Shown here: piece by piece, positions 10,252 to 20,689 of the stretch
Position numbering within the stretch: the stretch's first letter is position 1
How the letters are laid out: each line of letters starts with the position of its first letter
NCBI GenBank assembly: GCA_964518955.1
Contig: CAZFHS010000008.1
Span: 1,017 to 65,016, forward strand
DNA: 64,000 nucleotides
Reading direction: 5' to 3'
DNA from: an uncultured Gemmatimonadaceae bacterium
GTDB taxonomy: Bacteria > Gemmatimonadota > Gemmatimonadetes > Gemmatimonadales > GWC2-71-9
The notes under the pieces: generated by a model
The model's database searches: none
What the model saw: only the letters and a program-made list of their open reading frames with translations
Told to the model about the DNA's origin: nothing
Program-made: the position numbers and the translations under genes

Positions 10252-10599
10252 TTAGAGTCTATCTTCGTCCCGCGCTTTGGTGAGTAGCCTCTCCGCGAAC
10301 TCGATCCGGCCCGACAACTCTCTCACCTCGTCACTCTGCGAGTGGAGTACTGCTCGGATGTCATCCATCGACTCGTGCAGAAGATCGAGGGATTCCGCAA
10401 TCTTGGACATGTCGTTTGACGTACCGCCCTGCTTGAGTCGCAAGTATGTTCTCGACCCGATCCAGAACGCCGCTACGCCGCCGGCGGTCATTATCAGTGT
10501 GGGGAGAATCTCGCTCATGAAGATGATGCTGTTCAGATCACCGGGCATCTGGACCAGCATCAGGTTGGTTAGAAATAACCCGATAGGCGCCACGCTCAC
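10252..10599 (-). CDS. Hypothetical small membrane protein with C-terminal coiled coil
   Basis: Two predicted TM helices followed by a heptad-like helix (ELSGRIEFAERLL). No family recognised. Confidence 0.5.
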   Translation of the reverse strand: MSVAPIGLFLTNLMLVQMPGDLNSIIFMSEILPTLIMTAGGVAAFWIGSRTYLRLKQGGTSNDMSKIAESLDLLHESMDDIRAVLHSQSDEVRELSGRIEFAERLLTKARDEDRL

Positions 10600-10818
10600 C
10601 CCCTAACTGAGAATCGGATGTATCTACATCAGGGCGCTACTGTATTGAAGTTACTCGTGGATTCTATCGGCACAACGCGACTGCTCTGCGGATATCAGAC
10701 GGAATAAGGTGTATCCGCGACCGAACGATTACTTTGCGCATCTATGCATAGAGAAGGCTGGCGGACACCCTGCATTCCCCGGGTGTGGTTCATTTACTCA
10801 GATAAATAGTGAGGTCCG

Positions 10819-12030
10819 ATGTTCAACGTCCGTTCTCTTAAAGGTCGGTTGTGGATGGTTCTTGGTCTATTCCCGTTCATCGCAGCTTGCAGCGGTTCCG
10901 GTGGTGAGACTGGCTCAGCTGGCACCCGTGCCACTCGAGTCGAGCTCTCCGAACCCGACGCAACTTTCCCGGAGGCGTTCAGTTCGATCACCGGCATGCG
11001 GGAGTTGAGCAGCGGACGCCTATTCGTATCGGACCGCCTTGGACAGGCGCTGATGTTTGTCGACCTGGCTGCCGGAACGGCAGACACGATAGGGCGGATC
11101 GGCGGAGGCCCGGGAGAATACAGCAGCCCCGGGCCTCTCTATCCATGGCGAGGCGATTCGACTCTGCTGGTGGACATGGGCAATACACGGTTCACGCCGG
11201 TGAGTTCTGACGGCGGTTTCGGCATCAGTGCCCCCCTCATGACCCGAGACGGAGAGTCGATGAGATTTGTGTTGCCTGAGGCAGCCGACCGCCACGGCAA
11301 CGTCTATTTCCAGGCGCGCAGTTTCGGAATGGGTGCTCCTGGTGAAGACCCGCCCGACTCCGCGCGAGTAGTACGCTGGAATCCTGAGACTGGAGCTTCC
11401 GACACGGTGGCTGCTCTCACTACGCCCGAGCGGAAGATCCAGAGGTCTGGCGGAAACGTAATGATGGCTTCCATCCCATTCAGCCCCTACGATCAGTGGG
11501 CGGTATCGTGGGGCGGTGATGTTGGAGTCGCGCGTGCCGCAGGGTTCCGAATCGAGTGGTCCAGCGTGAACGGTGAACTGACTGTCGGTTCGCCGATCGA
11601 ACACCAGCCGGTTGCCATCACCCAGGACGACAAGGACGCATGGCTCGAAGCTCGAGCGAGCGCTGCCAGTGGTGGGATGTTCATAACGATGGAAGCCGGT
11701 GGTGGCGGTGGTGGGAATGTCCGCGCAAGTTCGGCGCCGAGCGGAGCTAGAATGACCGGGCCCCAGATTGCAGACGAAGATTGGCCAGAGGTTAAGCCCC
11801 CATTCCCCCCGTCAGCACTGAGTGCGACGCCGGAAGGTGAGCTATGGGTGCTGAGACACGTCGCTCACGGCGCAGTTCCTGAGTACGATGTGTTCGACGG
11901 GAACGGCGACCGTATCCGTACTGTGGTCCTCGCTGAGAACTCCCGCATAGTCGGATTCGGCAACGGTGTAGTGTACGTCGCGCGAACCGATGAAGACGAT
12001 CTGCAATGGTTGGAGCGGTATAAACGTTAG
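10819..12030 (+). CDS. Hypothetical lipoprotein, probably beta-propeller
   Basis: Lipobox-like FIAAC after a signal peptide; Gly-rich, repeat-like body. No family recognised. Confidence 0.55.
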   Translation: MFNVRSLKGRLWMVLGLFPFIAACSGSGGETGSAGTRATRVELSEPDATFPEAFSSITGMRELSSGRLFVSDRLGQALMFVDLAAGTADTIGRIGGGPGEYSSPGPLYPWRGDSTLLVDMGNTRFTPVSSDGGFGISAPLMTRDGESMRFVLPEAADRHGNVYFQARSFGMGAPGEDPPDSARVVRWNPETGASDTVAALTTPERKIQRSGGNVMMASIPFSPYDQWAVSWGGDVGVARAAGFRIEWSSVNGELTVGSPIEHQPVAITQDDKDAWLEARASAASGGMFITMEAGGGGGGNVRASSAPSGARMTGPQIADEDWPEVKPPFPPSALSATPEGELWVLRHVAHGAVPEYDVFDGNGDRIRTVVLAENSRIVGFGNGVVYVARTDEDDLQWLERYKR

Positions 12031-12032
12031 AG

Positions 12033-12048
12033 CACCTCGAACGAGGTG
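12033..12048. terminator. Small hairpin between convergent genes
   Basis: CACCTC-GAAC-GAGGTG (6-bp stem, 4-nt loop) in the 26-nt gap between two convergent stop codons. Weak, with no U-tract. Confidence 0.3.
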
Positions 12049-12056
12049 TTCGCTGC

Positions 12057-13991
12057 CTAGTTGTTTATCTCTCTAACGTTGTTCTGAATGAAATAGCGCA
12101 GCTGTTCCACTTGAGTCGGAGTGAGTTCCTCGAATTGGACCCCGCACCGGTTGATCGGCTTAGCAGGGGGGGCAGCTCCCGGATCGGTCACGATGTCTGA
12201 AACCTTCTTGCATTTGAGGTTGTCCACCGAACATCCATTGCCAGCCGCACAGACAGTCACTTCATCGTTGGGGCCCAAACTCAGTGCTGCATCCAAGTAT
12301 TTGAACGAAAGTCCAGACAGGCTGATATCCAAAAGTTTGCAGCGGTTTGAGGGATCGGATTTGGATATCACGAAAGCTCCGGTTTTCGCCGGGAACCGCT
12401 GGGTTCTTCTTCGTTCGGTGTCGCGCCCATCCAATACCCTGCGGATGATCTGGGCCAGTTGTTGCATGCCCAGCGGTTTCATGGCGAACTCGGCAACGCC
12501 CAGTTCTTTCGCATCTGCAGAGCAAAAGTTCTCGTTTAGGCCTGAGCAGAGAATGATTGGCAGCAACGGACGGATCTTCTTCATCTCTTCAGCCAGCTGT
12601 TTGCCCGTCAGGTTCGGCATGGTCATATCGGTGACAACCAAGTCGTACTGGTCCGGGTTTTCGCGGAATGTCTCTAATGCAGCACGGCTGTCTGTCGCGG
12701 CATCGACGCGGTAGCCGAGTTTCGAGACCATTTGTTTCACGATATCAGCAACCATCTCCTCATCGTCCACCAGGAGTATCCGCTCTGTTCCGGTGGGCAG
12801 AGTATCCTCTGCCGCCTTTGTGGCCTGTACAGCCTTTGCGTCTGCGATGGGAAGGAAGACTCGGAATTCCGTTTTCACATATGGCTCACTGGAGACCTCG
12901 ATGGCGCCGCCATGGTTCTGCACGATTCCGTGAACGACTGACAAGCCCATGCCGGTCCCCTCGCCAGCGCTCTTCGTAGTAAAGTAGGGGTCGAAAATCC
13001 GGTCTTTTATGGAAGTATCGATACCGTGGCCGGTATCACATACAGTCAAAGTCACATACGGTCCGGTCGCAATTCCATAACGCTCAGCAGCATCGGCATC
13101 AATCATCTGGCTGTCCAGGCTCACCTCGAGCACGCCGCCAGAAGGAACAATTGCGTGTGCTGCATTGGTGCAGAGATTGATCATGATTTGGTGAATCTGG
13201 GTCGAGTCACCACGCACCACGAACGATGCGTCGGGCAAGTTCTGTTTGATGACGATTTTGGTCGGTAGAGATGCACGGAGCAGCTTCAGGGATTCAGAGA
13301 TGATTGTTCGCAGCTCCAAGGGGATCCTTTCGGATTCGGTCTTCCTCGTGAAGCTGAGTAGTTGATTGATCATCTCCTTTGCGCGATTGCTGGCGGTCAG
13401 CACCTTGTCAACGTTCTCTCGAATCTCATTCTGTTCGGAAATGGCAGCTCTCACCAGTTCCGTGTTGCCGAGGATGATGCTGAGGATGTTGTTGAAATCG
13501 TGAGCAATCCCGCCAGCGAGTGTGCCTATTGCCTCCATTTTCTGCGACTGCCGAAGTTGTCTTTCTAGGCTCTTATTCTCTGCTTCGATTTGCCTACGTT
13601 CATCTTTGAGCTGTTTCTGTTTGAACGCGTTGCCAACTCTGATGAATAGTTCGTCGGGTTCGAACGGCTTTCTAACGTAGTCGCTGGCCCCCCTTCGTAT
13701 CGCTTCGATGGCAGAATCGAGTGAAGCATCACCAGTCATGATTATGAATACAGTGTGTACAACCTCCCGATCGAGTTCGTCCAAAATCTGATAACCGGTG
13801 AGACCGGGCATGCCGACGTCGAGTAACGCCACGTCATAAACGGAGGTCTTGAGCATCGCCAACGCTTCGATGGAGTTGTTGGTTGTCTCGATGTCGCAAC
13901 CCTGACCCATGAGTGTAGCCTTCACACTTTCGGTCATCCGCGGCTCATCATCAACAATCAACATCCTTGCGGCGTTGGCAATTTCACTCAT
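12057..13991 (-). CDS. Hybrid histidine kinase: REC - HisKA/HATPase - REC - PilZ
   Basis: REC1 (LLDVGMPG), H-box IAHDFNNIL, HATPase G-boxes (GTGMGLS), REC2 (VVTDMTMPNLTG). C-terminal PilZ with both c-di-GMP motifs intact (RRRTQR = RRxxxR; DISLSG = DxSxxG). Confidence 0.85.
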   Translation of the reverse strand: MSEIANAARMLIVDDEPRMTESVKATLMGQGCDIETTNNSIEALAMLKTSVYDVALLDVGMPGLTGYQILDELDREVVHTVFIIMTGDASLDSAIEAIRRGASDYVRKPFEPDELFIRVGNAFKQKQLKDERRQIEAENKSLERQLRQSQKMEAIGTLAGGIAHDFNNILSIILGNTELVRAAISEQNEIRENVDKVLTASNRAKEMINQLLSFTRKTESERIPLELRTIISESLKLLRASLPTKIVIKQNLPDASFVVRGDSTQIHQIMINLCTNAAHAIVPSGGVLEVSLDSQMIDADAAERYGIATGPYVTLTVCDTGHGIDTSIKDRIFDPYFTTKSAGEGTGMGLSVVHGIVQNHGGAIEVSSEPYVKTEFRVFLPIADAKAVQATKAAEDTLPTGTERILLVDDEEMVADIVKQMVSKLGYRVDAATDSRAALETFRENPDQYDLVVTDMTMPNLTGKQLAEEMKKIRPLLPIILCSGLNENFCSADAKELGVAEFAMKPLGMQQLAQIIRRVLDGRDTERRRTQRFPAKTGAFVISKSDPSNRCKLLDISLSGLSFKYLDAALSLGPNDEVTVCAAGNGCSVDNLKCKKVSDIVTDPGAAPPAKPINRCGVQFEELTPTQVEQLRYFIQNNVREINN

Positions 13992-14021
13992 TCGTTTGCT
14001 CCTTTGGTGTAGCTACCCGCA

Positions 14022-16187
14022 TTAGGAACTCACCACCGGCAAACAAATCGTGAACTGAGTCCCCGATTCGGTTTCCGGATCACAGGAGATGGTGCCACGT
14101 AACTGCCGTATAAGCCCATGTGCGATAGAGAGACCAAGTCCCTCGTGCTCAGCCTTGGATGTCACGAACGGCTGGAAGAGCCGAGCACGCACTGTGTCAG
14201 GTATGCCCGGTCCGTCATCGCGGATGATCAACTTTGCCTTGCCACCACCATTCTCGACCGAGTCGGCGGTGGCATGCTGACCGTCTCTGCCACCTTGCAC
14301 AAACTCGGTCTCAACATGGATGTTGCCGCCATTCGCAAGCGCTTCCGCTGAATTCTTGAGCAAGTTGATGACCGCCTGCTTCAAGATGTCTTTGTCTGTA
14401 AGAGTCATCGGAAGCGAAGAGCTAAGGCGCGAATGCACCTGTATGCCACCCTGATGAAAGAGATCATCTTTCATCAGGCGCAGGAGATCGCTCAACAGAG
14501 CATTTAAGTCGACGGGCGCCATAGACACCGAAGCTTCCTTCGACGACTCGACGAGCGTTGCTAGAATGCTCTTGATCCTGGTGATCTCTTCGTTGATGAT
14601 CCTGATCTCGTCATGCGCGATGTCCTGCTCAGCCAGCCTTCTGGCAAGTACTGCCAAATAGTTCTTGATGATCCCCAACGGATTGTTCACCTCGTGGACA
14701 GCGCGCCGTGTAAGAGTCACCAAAGACTTGACCGCGTCCACCGACGGTGCTCTTTCGAATGCACCCTCCGGTTTGCAGCGTTGTATCGCGCGTGCGGTGT
14801 ACCGGGAGAGCCGGTCTAGAAGCTGCTTCTGACCTGACAGGACTGCGCGGTCGGCGGCGTCGATGCCGAGGGTCATGGTTCCCACCGCTCGGTCGTCCAC
14901 AGCCAGCGGGAAGCAAACGACTCCTTCCTTTCCGAGGAATCGGACGAGCTGTTCGTCCATTATGGATATTTCCGCACCCTCGGACGCTACGAAGCAGTCG
15001 ACCACTCGCTGTTCGGTGAGTGCAAGAACTGGCGAGCTTTTGTCATACGACAGCGGTACAGCAAGTTCTCCGACGTAAGCGCAACAGCTCCCGTGCGCCC
15101 GCAATGTGGTGCCTTCAGGGTCGATCAGGAAGAACACCAAACGGTCGATATCGAAATGACCGTGCAACGTCTGCTCAACCAGTTGCAGTACATCATCTAT
15201 CTCCTCGGCGTGCAAAAGACCGTACGACAGCGTTGCCAGTAGACTGGTGTCGCGCACATGACCCGCCACCGCGGCATGCGCATCGGCGTGCGAAGGAGGC
15301 GCTTGTTCGGTATCCGTAAACGGAGTCGAGAGGTCTATGCCAAGTACCGCAACGGTTTCCGCAAAGGAGCCCAGCGCTGAGTCAACTGCTCGGTCCAGCT
15401 GCGGGCTGCTCAGTCCGAGCAAAGCCACCTCGGGACGGGCGAACGACTCCTGGTCGGGGGATTCAGATTTCAGAAGCTGATTGGCAACATATACGACTTT
15501 CACCAGCGGAAATGCCTGAGCAACGGCGCCTGCCGGGTGATGATGATAGTGAATTGCGTCGGCCAACAACGAATGACGTGGCCAGCGACGCACTAGTGCG
15601 GCCCCCACCGACGCATGATCATCGCCTACCAGGTCCTCTCCCTTGGCCTTCTTACCTTTTGCACCTGCACTACCCGACAACTGCAGCTTGTATTTGGTGG
15701 GGTAGGACGTAAGCAGCAGTAGCTTGCCAATATCATGCAGAAGCCCGGCTAGAAACGCACTTTCGGGTTGGTGAAGTCCGTGTTCCTTGCCCAGCTGCTC
15801 CGCCAGAAACCCGCATTTGACCGAATGCGCCCAGAAATCGGTGAGGTCGCCGGGGGAACAGAATGAATACGTGTCGAATACATCGAGCGTTGACGACCAT
15901 CTGACCAAATGAGCAAGAGTATCGCGGCCGATCAGCTCTGCCGCGCTGGCCACATCCGGTACTGCTGCGCCAGACTTATCCTGCGCCAGACGCATGACGT
16001 TGATGCTGAGCGCTGGATCGAGCTTGAGAACGCCCGCGAGTTCGGGAACGGCGATGGCGGGATCGTCGAGCAGCTCGAGCAGCTTGGCTGTAATGTGTGG
16101 AAGACTTGGAAGACTGTTGGTGCCTGCCAGTTGAGAGACCTGGGCGTTGTGCGGTTTTGCGAGCCGGTTTCTGTTAGTTCTGGCCAT
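14022..16187 (-). CDS. HDOD - GAF-like - histidine kinase
   Basis: HDOD signatures ([34 protein letters not shown]), H-box HEVNNPLGI, HATPase (DDGPGIP, GLGLSIA). Start uncertain: ATG at 16187 or TTG at 16211. Confidence 0.8.
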   Translation of the reverse strand: MARTNRNRLAKPHNAQVSQLAGTNSLPSLPHITAKLLELLDDPAIAVPELAGVLKLDPALSINVMRLAQDKSGAAVPDVASAAELIGRDTLAHLVRWSSTLDVFDTYSFCSPGDLTDFWAHSVKCGFLAEQLGKEHGLHQPESAFLAGLLHDIGKLLLLTSYPTKYKLQLSGSAGAKGKKAKGEDLVGDDHASVGAALVRRWPRHSLLADAIHYHHHPAGAVAQAFPLVKVVYVANQLLKSESPDQESFARPEVALLGLSSPQLDRAVDSALGSFAETVAVLGIDLSTPFTDTEQAPPSHADAHAAVAGHVRDTSLLATLSYGLLHAEEIDDVLQLVEQTLHGHFDIDRLVFFLIDPEGTTLRAHGSCCAYVGELAVPLSYDKSSPVLALTEQRVVDCFVASEGAEISIMDEQLVRFLGKEGVVCFPLAVDDRAVGTMTLGIDAADRAVLSGQKQLLDRLSRYTARAIQRCKPEGAFERAPSVDAVKSLVTLTRRAVHEVNNPLGIIKNYLAVLARRLAEQDIAHDEIRIINEEITRIKSILATLVESSKEASVSMAPVDLNALLSDLLRLMKDDLFHQGGIQVHSRLSSSLPMTLTDKDILKQAVINLLKNSAEALANGGNIHVETEFVQGGRDGQHATADSVENGGGKAKLIIRDDGPGIPDTVRARLFQPFVTSKAEHEGLGLSIAHGLIRQLRGTISCDPETESGTQFTICLPVVSS

Positions 16188-16223
16188 GATTGCGTTCAGA
16201 GTTGAAAACAATACACCAATTCA

Positions 16224-16238
16224 GCTGTGTTCGTGCCA
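16224..16238 (-). promoter_or_regulatory. Possible sigma54 -24/-12 box upstream of the HDOD-GAF-kinase gene
   Basis: Reverse strand reads TGGCACGAACACAGC. The -24 half (TGGCACG) is perfect and the GC sits at the correct spacing, but the -12 half is CAGC rather than TTGC. It lies very close to the start codon. Confidence 0.3.
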
Positions 16239-16519
16239 TCTCAGCATGAGATATGAGATACTTAGTTCGCAACTGCCAGTTGGACCTGAACTCGGCCTCC
16301 TTGTTGGCACGTGCCGCTCCGGCTCACATGCCCGGCTACCGCTAATTTGTGGACACACCCCTCCGACTACAAGTGCTTGTTTGGGACACAAGGGTACGTT
16401 TTTGGGACATTCACCTGCAGTTGGCTAGCGTCCTCGCGTCCCTCACACCCTGAAAGCGGCTGTGTAAGAGATAACCCGTGGCAGGAAGATCTTCAAGAAC
16501 GTTCGGGGTGTATGGGCTA

Positions 16520-16906
16520 CTACCGGAATTCTCCTATTAGTCTTGCCACGACGGTGTCGTGAGCAGCGCGTGCCGCGATGAGCAGTGAGGCGGAACGCGA
16601 GCTGTCACCCTCCGCTCCGGAGACTTCGAGCTGACGTAGGAGCTCCGCAAGCTGTGTTGCACCCATGCTCGCGGCAGCCGACTTGTATGCGTGCGCTGAA
16701 GATCTGACTTCTTCGGGCGCGCTGGCCTCGACGGCCGATTGAATGGCACCCATCCGAATAGGGGCATCTTCGAGAAATGCCTCTACCAGTTCGTCAATGA
16801 TGTCCTCGAGTTCAGCCTCAGCCATCGCCCGTCGGAAGTCCGCGACCTCAAAGGATGCCATCTCGTTACTGACGTCGTTCGTGACTGTCCCGGCTGTATC
16901 TGTCAT
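16520..16906 (-). CDS. Hpt (histidine phosphotransfer) domain protein
   Basis: HxxKS motif (SSAHAYKSAAASMGATQLAELLRQLE) in a roughly 120-aa helical protein. It lies 13 nt downstream of the preceding response regulator gene. Confidence 0.8.
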   Translation of the reverse strand: MTDTAGTVTNDVSNEMASFEVADFRRAMAEAELEDIIDELVEAFLEDAPIRMGAIQSAVEASAPEEVRSSAHAYKSAAASMGATQLAELLRQLEVSGAEGDSSRSASLLIAARAAHDTVVARLIGEFR

Positions 16907-16919
16907 GACGTGATTCCCT

Positions 16920-17492
16920 CTAGGTTTCTAAGGTATCGAACTGCCTCAGCTGCGGCTCGATTCGTGACTGGTAACACTGGGGGCAGATGCCGTGCGTAAA
17001 TGTTGATTCGGTGCGGCTGGATATGTAGGTCTCTACGTCTTGCCAACGGTCGTTTGCGTCGCGGATCTTTCGGCAGTACGAACAGATAGGAAGCAAAGAC
17101 TCTAGTTCCTTAACCTCCGAATACAATCCGAGTATTCGCTCTGCAACACGTACTCTGGCGGCCAGTTCATCTCTATCGAGCGGTTTTCGGATGAAGTCGT
17201 CCGCACCTGCATCCATCGCACGTAGATAACACCGCTTGCCACCTAACACGGTGAGCATGATGATGTACGTATATGCCGGTCGATCTTCCGCCCGCACGGC
17301 TCTGCATAACTCCAGGCCGTCGAGCTGAGGCATCATCCAATCCACAATCAGCAATCGGGGGTGATCTTCTGAGTAGCGTTCCCAGGCAACTGCTCCATTG
17401 TCAGTTTCAACCACCTCATGTCCGAAAGATTCGAGTGTGCTTTTCAACAGCAGCCTCGCAACTCGGTCGTCTTCGGCAATGAGGATCTTCAT
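16920..17492 (-). CDS. Response regulator: REC + C-terminal 4-Cys tail (CxxC...CxxC)
   Basis: REC with DD, acceptor D (LIVDWMMP) and K (IRKP). Tail is LPICSYCRKIRDANDRWQDVETYISSRTESTFTHGICPQCY. Start set to the ATG at 17492, preceded by AGGGGGGA. Confidence 0.85.
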   Translation of the reverse strand: MKILIAEDDRVARLLLKSTLESFGHEVVETDNGAVAWERYSEDHPRLLIVDWMMPQLDGLELCRAVRAEDRPAYTYIIMLTVLGGKRCYLRAMDAGADDFIRKPLDRDELAARVRVAERILGLYSEVKELESLLPICSYCRKIRDANDRWQDVETYISSRTESTFTHGICPQCYQSRIEPQLRQFDTLET

Positions 17493-17590
17493 TACATCCC
17501 CCCTTAGCATCGATGCTCACCTACTCCGCAAACAAAGCAGATCAGGTTGAACCAAACCCTACGTATCCCGCAAATACCCGTTTCGTCTGA

Positions 17591-17618
17591 TTATCGGCGC
17601 GTCGCCGCAGATACCTTA
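17591..17618 (-). promoter_or_regulatory. Sigma28 (FliA)-type promoter for the REC(4-Cys)/Hpt pair
   Basis: Reverse strand reads TAAG-N16-GCCGATAA (perfect -10). The -35 overlaps the TAA stop of the upstream hybrid kinase. About 100 nt upstream of the ATG at 17492. Confidence 0.55.
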
Positions 17619-19838
17619 GCTGTCCACAGGATCAGCGACTTCGGTGTGGATCCACTTCTCGAGGACTTCGACCAGAACCTGACGTTTGATTGGTTTTATC
17701 ACGTGGTCGTCCATGCCGGCTGCCAGGCACTTTTCTCTGTTGCCGTTCGTGATGTTCGCGGTCAAAGCAACGATCGGTGTACGGCATGCGGCCCCTTCTA
17801 ACTCTCGGATGGCCCGGGTAGCCTGGTATCCATCCATGGTCGGCATTTCGCAGTCCATCAGGACAATTTCGTAACAACCGTTTTGCGCCGATCGGACCGC
17901 TTCACTGCCATCGCAGGCGATATCCACGACATATCCGAGTTTCTCGAGCGTTCGTACCATCACCTTTTGATTGACCGGATTGTCCTCGGCCAGCAGTACT
18001 TTGCCCCGATACGATATTGAGGCCGCTGTGCCGGTATTCTCGCTCTCGTCGCTGTTGGCGTTGTCCGATCGCCGCTGCTTTGAGCCCAACGCAGCCACCA
18101 GACAACGCGACAGACGATCACGTCGAATCGGTTTAGGCAGACACGCAGCGAAGTCTGCATTAGTCGCGGCCATCGATTCACCACTTGCACCGATGGGTGC
18201 CATCAATACCAGACGTGCGTCCCTCAACGACGGATCCGCCAGGATCTTGCGACCGAATTCTTCGCCATTCGTCTGCTGTAGTGAGTTGTCCACCATCACA
18301 ACATCATAGGGGGCGGCTTTCTTGATGGCGCTGAGCAGCATATCGATCGCTACATCCGGCGCGTCGGCAACGTCCGCGGCCATATTCCACCCACAAAGAA
18401 GTGCCTGTAGCGATTGGCCACTCGCGGGATGATCCTCCACGATGAGTACCCGTTTCTTTGCGAATTCTCCCGTCTGCAAAGCGGGTATGGCCGCGGGTCC
18501 CTTGTGCCGCCCCATCCTGACGGTGAACCAGAAAGTGCTACCTTCGCCCAGCTGGCTCCTTACTCCAATCTCTCCAGCCATTGCCGCAACCAGGCGCTGT
18601 GAGATCACCAATCCGAGTCCGGTACCCCCGTATTTTCTGGTAGTAGAACTGTCGGCCTGCACGAAAGCCTGGAAGATTCTTTCTTGCGCATCCAAGCTCA
18701 TACCCACACCCGTGTCGCTCACCTCGCCCCGTATCGTCACAGATTCGGAATCGCTGTCTACCACATCGAACCGTGCGACTATCTCTCCGCTTTCCGTGAA
18801 CTTCACCGCGTTACCCATGAGATTCAAAACGATTTGCCGCAAGCGCCCAGGATCACCTACCAGTGTGTCCGGTATCGCCGGTGCAACACTGCTCACCAAT
18901 TCCAGCTGCTTTCCGATCGCTCGCGCAGCGATGAGGTCCGCCGTTTCTTCGACGGTCGTGCGCAGATCGAACGGCACTTCCTCGAGTTCGAATGTGCCGG
19001 CTTCGATCTTGGAGAAGTCGAGGATGTCATTAATGATGTCCAACAGCGACTCGCCAGATACGCGAATAGTTTCAACGAAGTCCCGCTGTTCTTCACTCAG
19101 GCCCGTTTCCCTGAGCAACTCGGTCATTCCGATCACGCCGTTCATCGGAGTGCGAATCTCGTGGCTCATCGTGGCGAGAAACTCACTCTTGGCGCGAGTA
19201 GCTGCCTGCGCTTCTTCATTCGAGCGTTCTAATTCGAGCGTTCGTTTGGCTACCATTCCCTCCAAGTTTTTCGCGTAGCCACTCAACGAACCATAGAGGG
19301 ACAGGTTCTCGATCGCATTTGCGCAGTCAGCAAGTACGATCGAGGTGAATTTCTGCGAGGCTTCGAGTACGTAGTTACGATCCTTTTGCACGACGCCCAT
19401 GAACATCCCGACCACCCTCGACCGGGTAGCCAAAACGTGCAACAGCACCCTACCATCCATCATCTTTCCTGGAACTATCACCGGCCGATTTTGTCTCACA
19501 GCCCACGCGAACGTTCCGGATTCGATGTGCCTCTCCAACTCATTGATAAGTCGCGGTGAGAGTTCCGTGGGATCGAGTTCGATCGGAGAAAAGTCGAAAG
19601 TATCTGCATCGGCAATCCAAAAGCCCACCGCTTCGAAGTCGACTATCGATCTGAGTGTCGACGCAGCAGAGGCACAGATCGCGGCTGGGTCTGCATGTTC
19701 TGTGAGGTCTCGACGTGACCGGAACAACGCGACCACGGAATCGAGACACTCCAGTAGCCATTTGTTCATCCGGGTGGCGCTAAACTCAGCAGACACCTCA
19801 GTTTCGGGTACCGGACGCGAGGCCGGGTTCGCTGTCAT
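17616..19838 (-). CDS. Hybrid histidine kinase: GAF-like - HisKA/HATPase - REC - REC
   Basis: H-box [14 protein letters not shown], HATPase ([15 protein letters not shown]). Two receiver domains (VVMVDNSL; [13 protein letters not shown]). ATGA overlap with the upstream HDOD gene. Confidence 0.85.
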   Translation of the reverse strand: MTANPASRPVPETEVSAEFSATRMNKWLLECLDSVVALFRSRRDLTEHADPAAICASAASTLRSIVDFEAVGFWIADADTFDFSPIELDPTELSPRLINELERHIESGTFAWAVRQNRPVIVPGKMMDGRVLLHVLATRSRVVGMFMGVVQKDRNYVLEASQKFTSIVLADCANAIENLSLYGSLSGYAKNLEGMVAKRTLELERSNEEAQAATRAKSEFLATMSHEIRTPMNGVIGMTELLRETGLSEEQRDFVETIRVSGESLLDIINDILDFSKIEAGTFELEEVPFDLRTTVEETADLIAARAIGKQLELVSSVAPAIPDTLVGDPGRLRQIVLNLMGNAVKFTESGEIVARFDVVDSDSESVTIRGEVSDTGVGMSLDAQERIFQAFVQADSSTTRKYGGTGLGLVISQRLVAAMAGEIGVRSQLGEGSTFWFTVRMGRHKGPAAIPALQTGEFAKKRVLIVEDHPASGQSLQALLCGWNMAADVADAPDVAIDMLLSAIKKAAPYDVVMVDNSLQQTNGEEFGRKILADPSLRDARLVLMAPIGASGESMAATNADFAACLPKPIRRDRLSRCLVAALGSKQRRSDNANSDESENTGTAASISYRGKVLLAEDNPVNQKVMVRTLEKLGYVVDIACDGSEAVRSAQNGCYEIVLMDCEMPTMDGYQATRAIRELEGAACRTPIVALTANITNGNREKCLAAGMDDHVIKPIKRQVLVEVLEKWIHTEVADPVDS

Positions 19839-20689
19839 TCGGATTCCTCGAGAATCGTACGAACCGCTGCCGCGTATTGTTGGTCGATGTCAGTCAGTAT
19901 GCCGGTGAGAACGTCTTCGGATAGACCTAGTCGCTCCCAAGCGAACCCGGAGAGAGGTGGCACCCACCGCTCACCGCTACTTCCCATCAGCATTGAGTGC
20001 GCCAGTATGTCTGCCAGATGAATGACTGCCACTTCGACTTGAAATCGTGTGGCACGTGCGGGCCTGTGATGATTTGACACGGGTTCTTGCAATGAAACCG
20101 GGAGATTCCAATTAGACAGCAGAGCCTCACCCACTGCTGCATGGTCGTATCCCATGACCACTTCCTCGGCCTCGTGCAGCATCATCTGTTCATCTCGCGC
20201 GTGCTCGATCGCGGTGCGCGCACCGTCTGGGTCGGACATGAATACCAGTAGCTTCCCGATATCGTGCAACAATCCCGCGACGAAGTGCCGCTCCACATTG
20301 GGCGCTCGCAACTCGGTAGCAAGTGACCTTGCGCATACCCCGCACCCAATGCTGTGCTGCCAAAAACTGGACATGTCTACCAGTTCTTGAGGTACATCCT
20401 TGAACATGTCCACAACCGATGTGGCGAGAGCTAGGTCGTGTATCTGCTGAGTGCCGACAACCGTCAACCCTTGCCTCACAGATTCGATCGTGGAGGGGAA
20501 ACCATACATGGCGCTGTTCACGAGACGCAGCAGTCTGGCCGTGAGGCCGATGTCTTCACTAATGACAGCTCCAACGTCATCTGCTGAGCTGTACGGGTCT
20601 TCCATCACCTCTACCAATCTCGTGTAGATCGCCGGTAGGGACGCGATATTCGTAGACTTACGAACGAGGTCATCGATGTTAGGCGCCAT
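19835..20689 (-). CDS. HDOD domain protein
   Basis: Full-length HDOD pattern ([56 protein letters not shown]). Confidence 0.85.
   Translation of the reverse strand: MAPNIDDLVRKSTNIASLPAIYTRLVEVMEDPYSSADDVGAVISEDIGLTARLLRLVNSAMYGFPSTIESVRQGLTVVGTQQIHDLALATSVVDMFKDVPQELVDMSSFWQHSIGCGVCARSLATELRAPNVERHFVAGLLHDIGKLLVFMSDPDGARTAIEHARDEQMMLHEAEEVVMGYDHAAVGEALLSNWNLPVSLQEPVSNHHRPARATRFQVEVAVIHLADILAHSMLMGSSGERWVPPLSGFAWERLGLSEDVLTGILTDIDQQYAAAVRTILEESE

Noticed and set aside
10664-10671. CTATCGGC (reverse GCCGATAG), a sigma28 -10-like octamer in the 10600-10818 intergenic region.
   Set aside because: There is no TAAA/TCAA-like -35 at 15-16 nt spacing, and the neighbouring genes are unrelated to motility.
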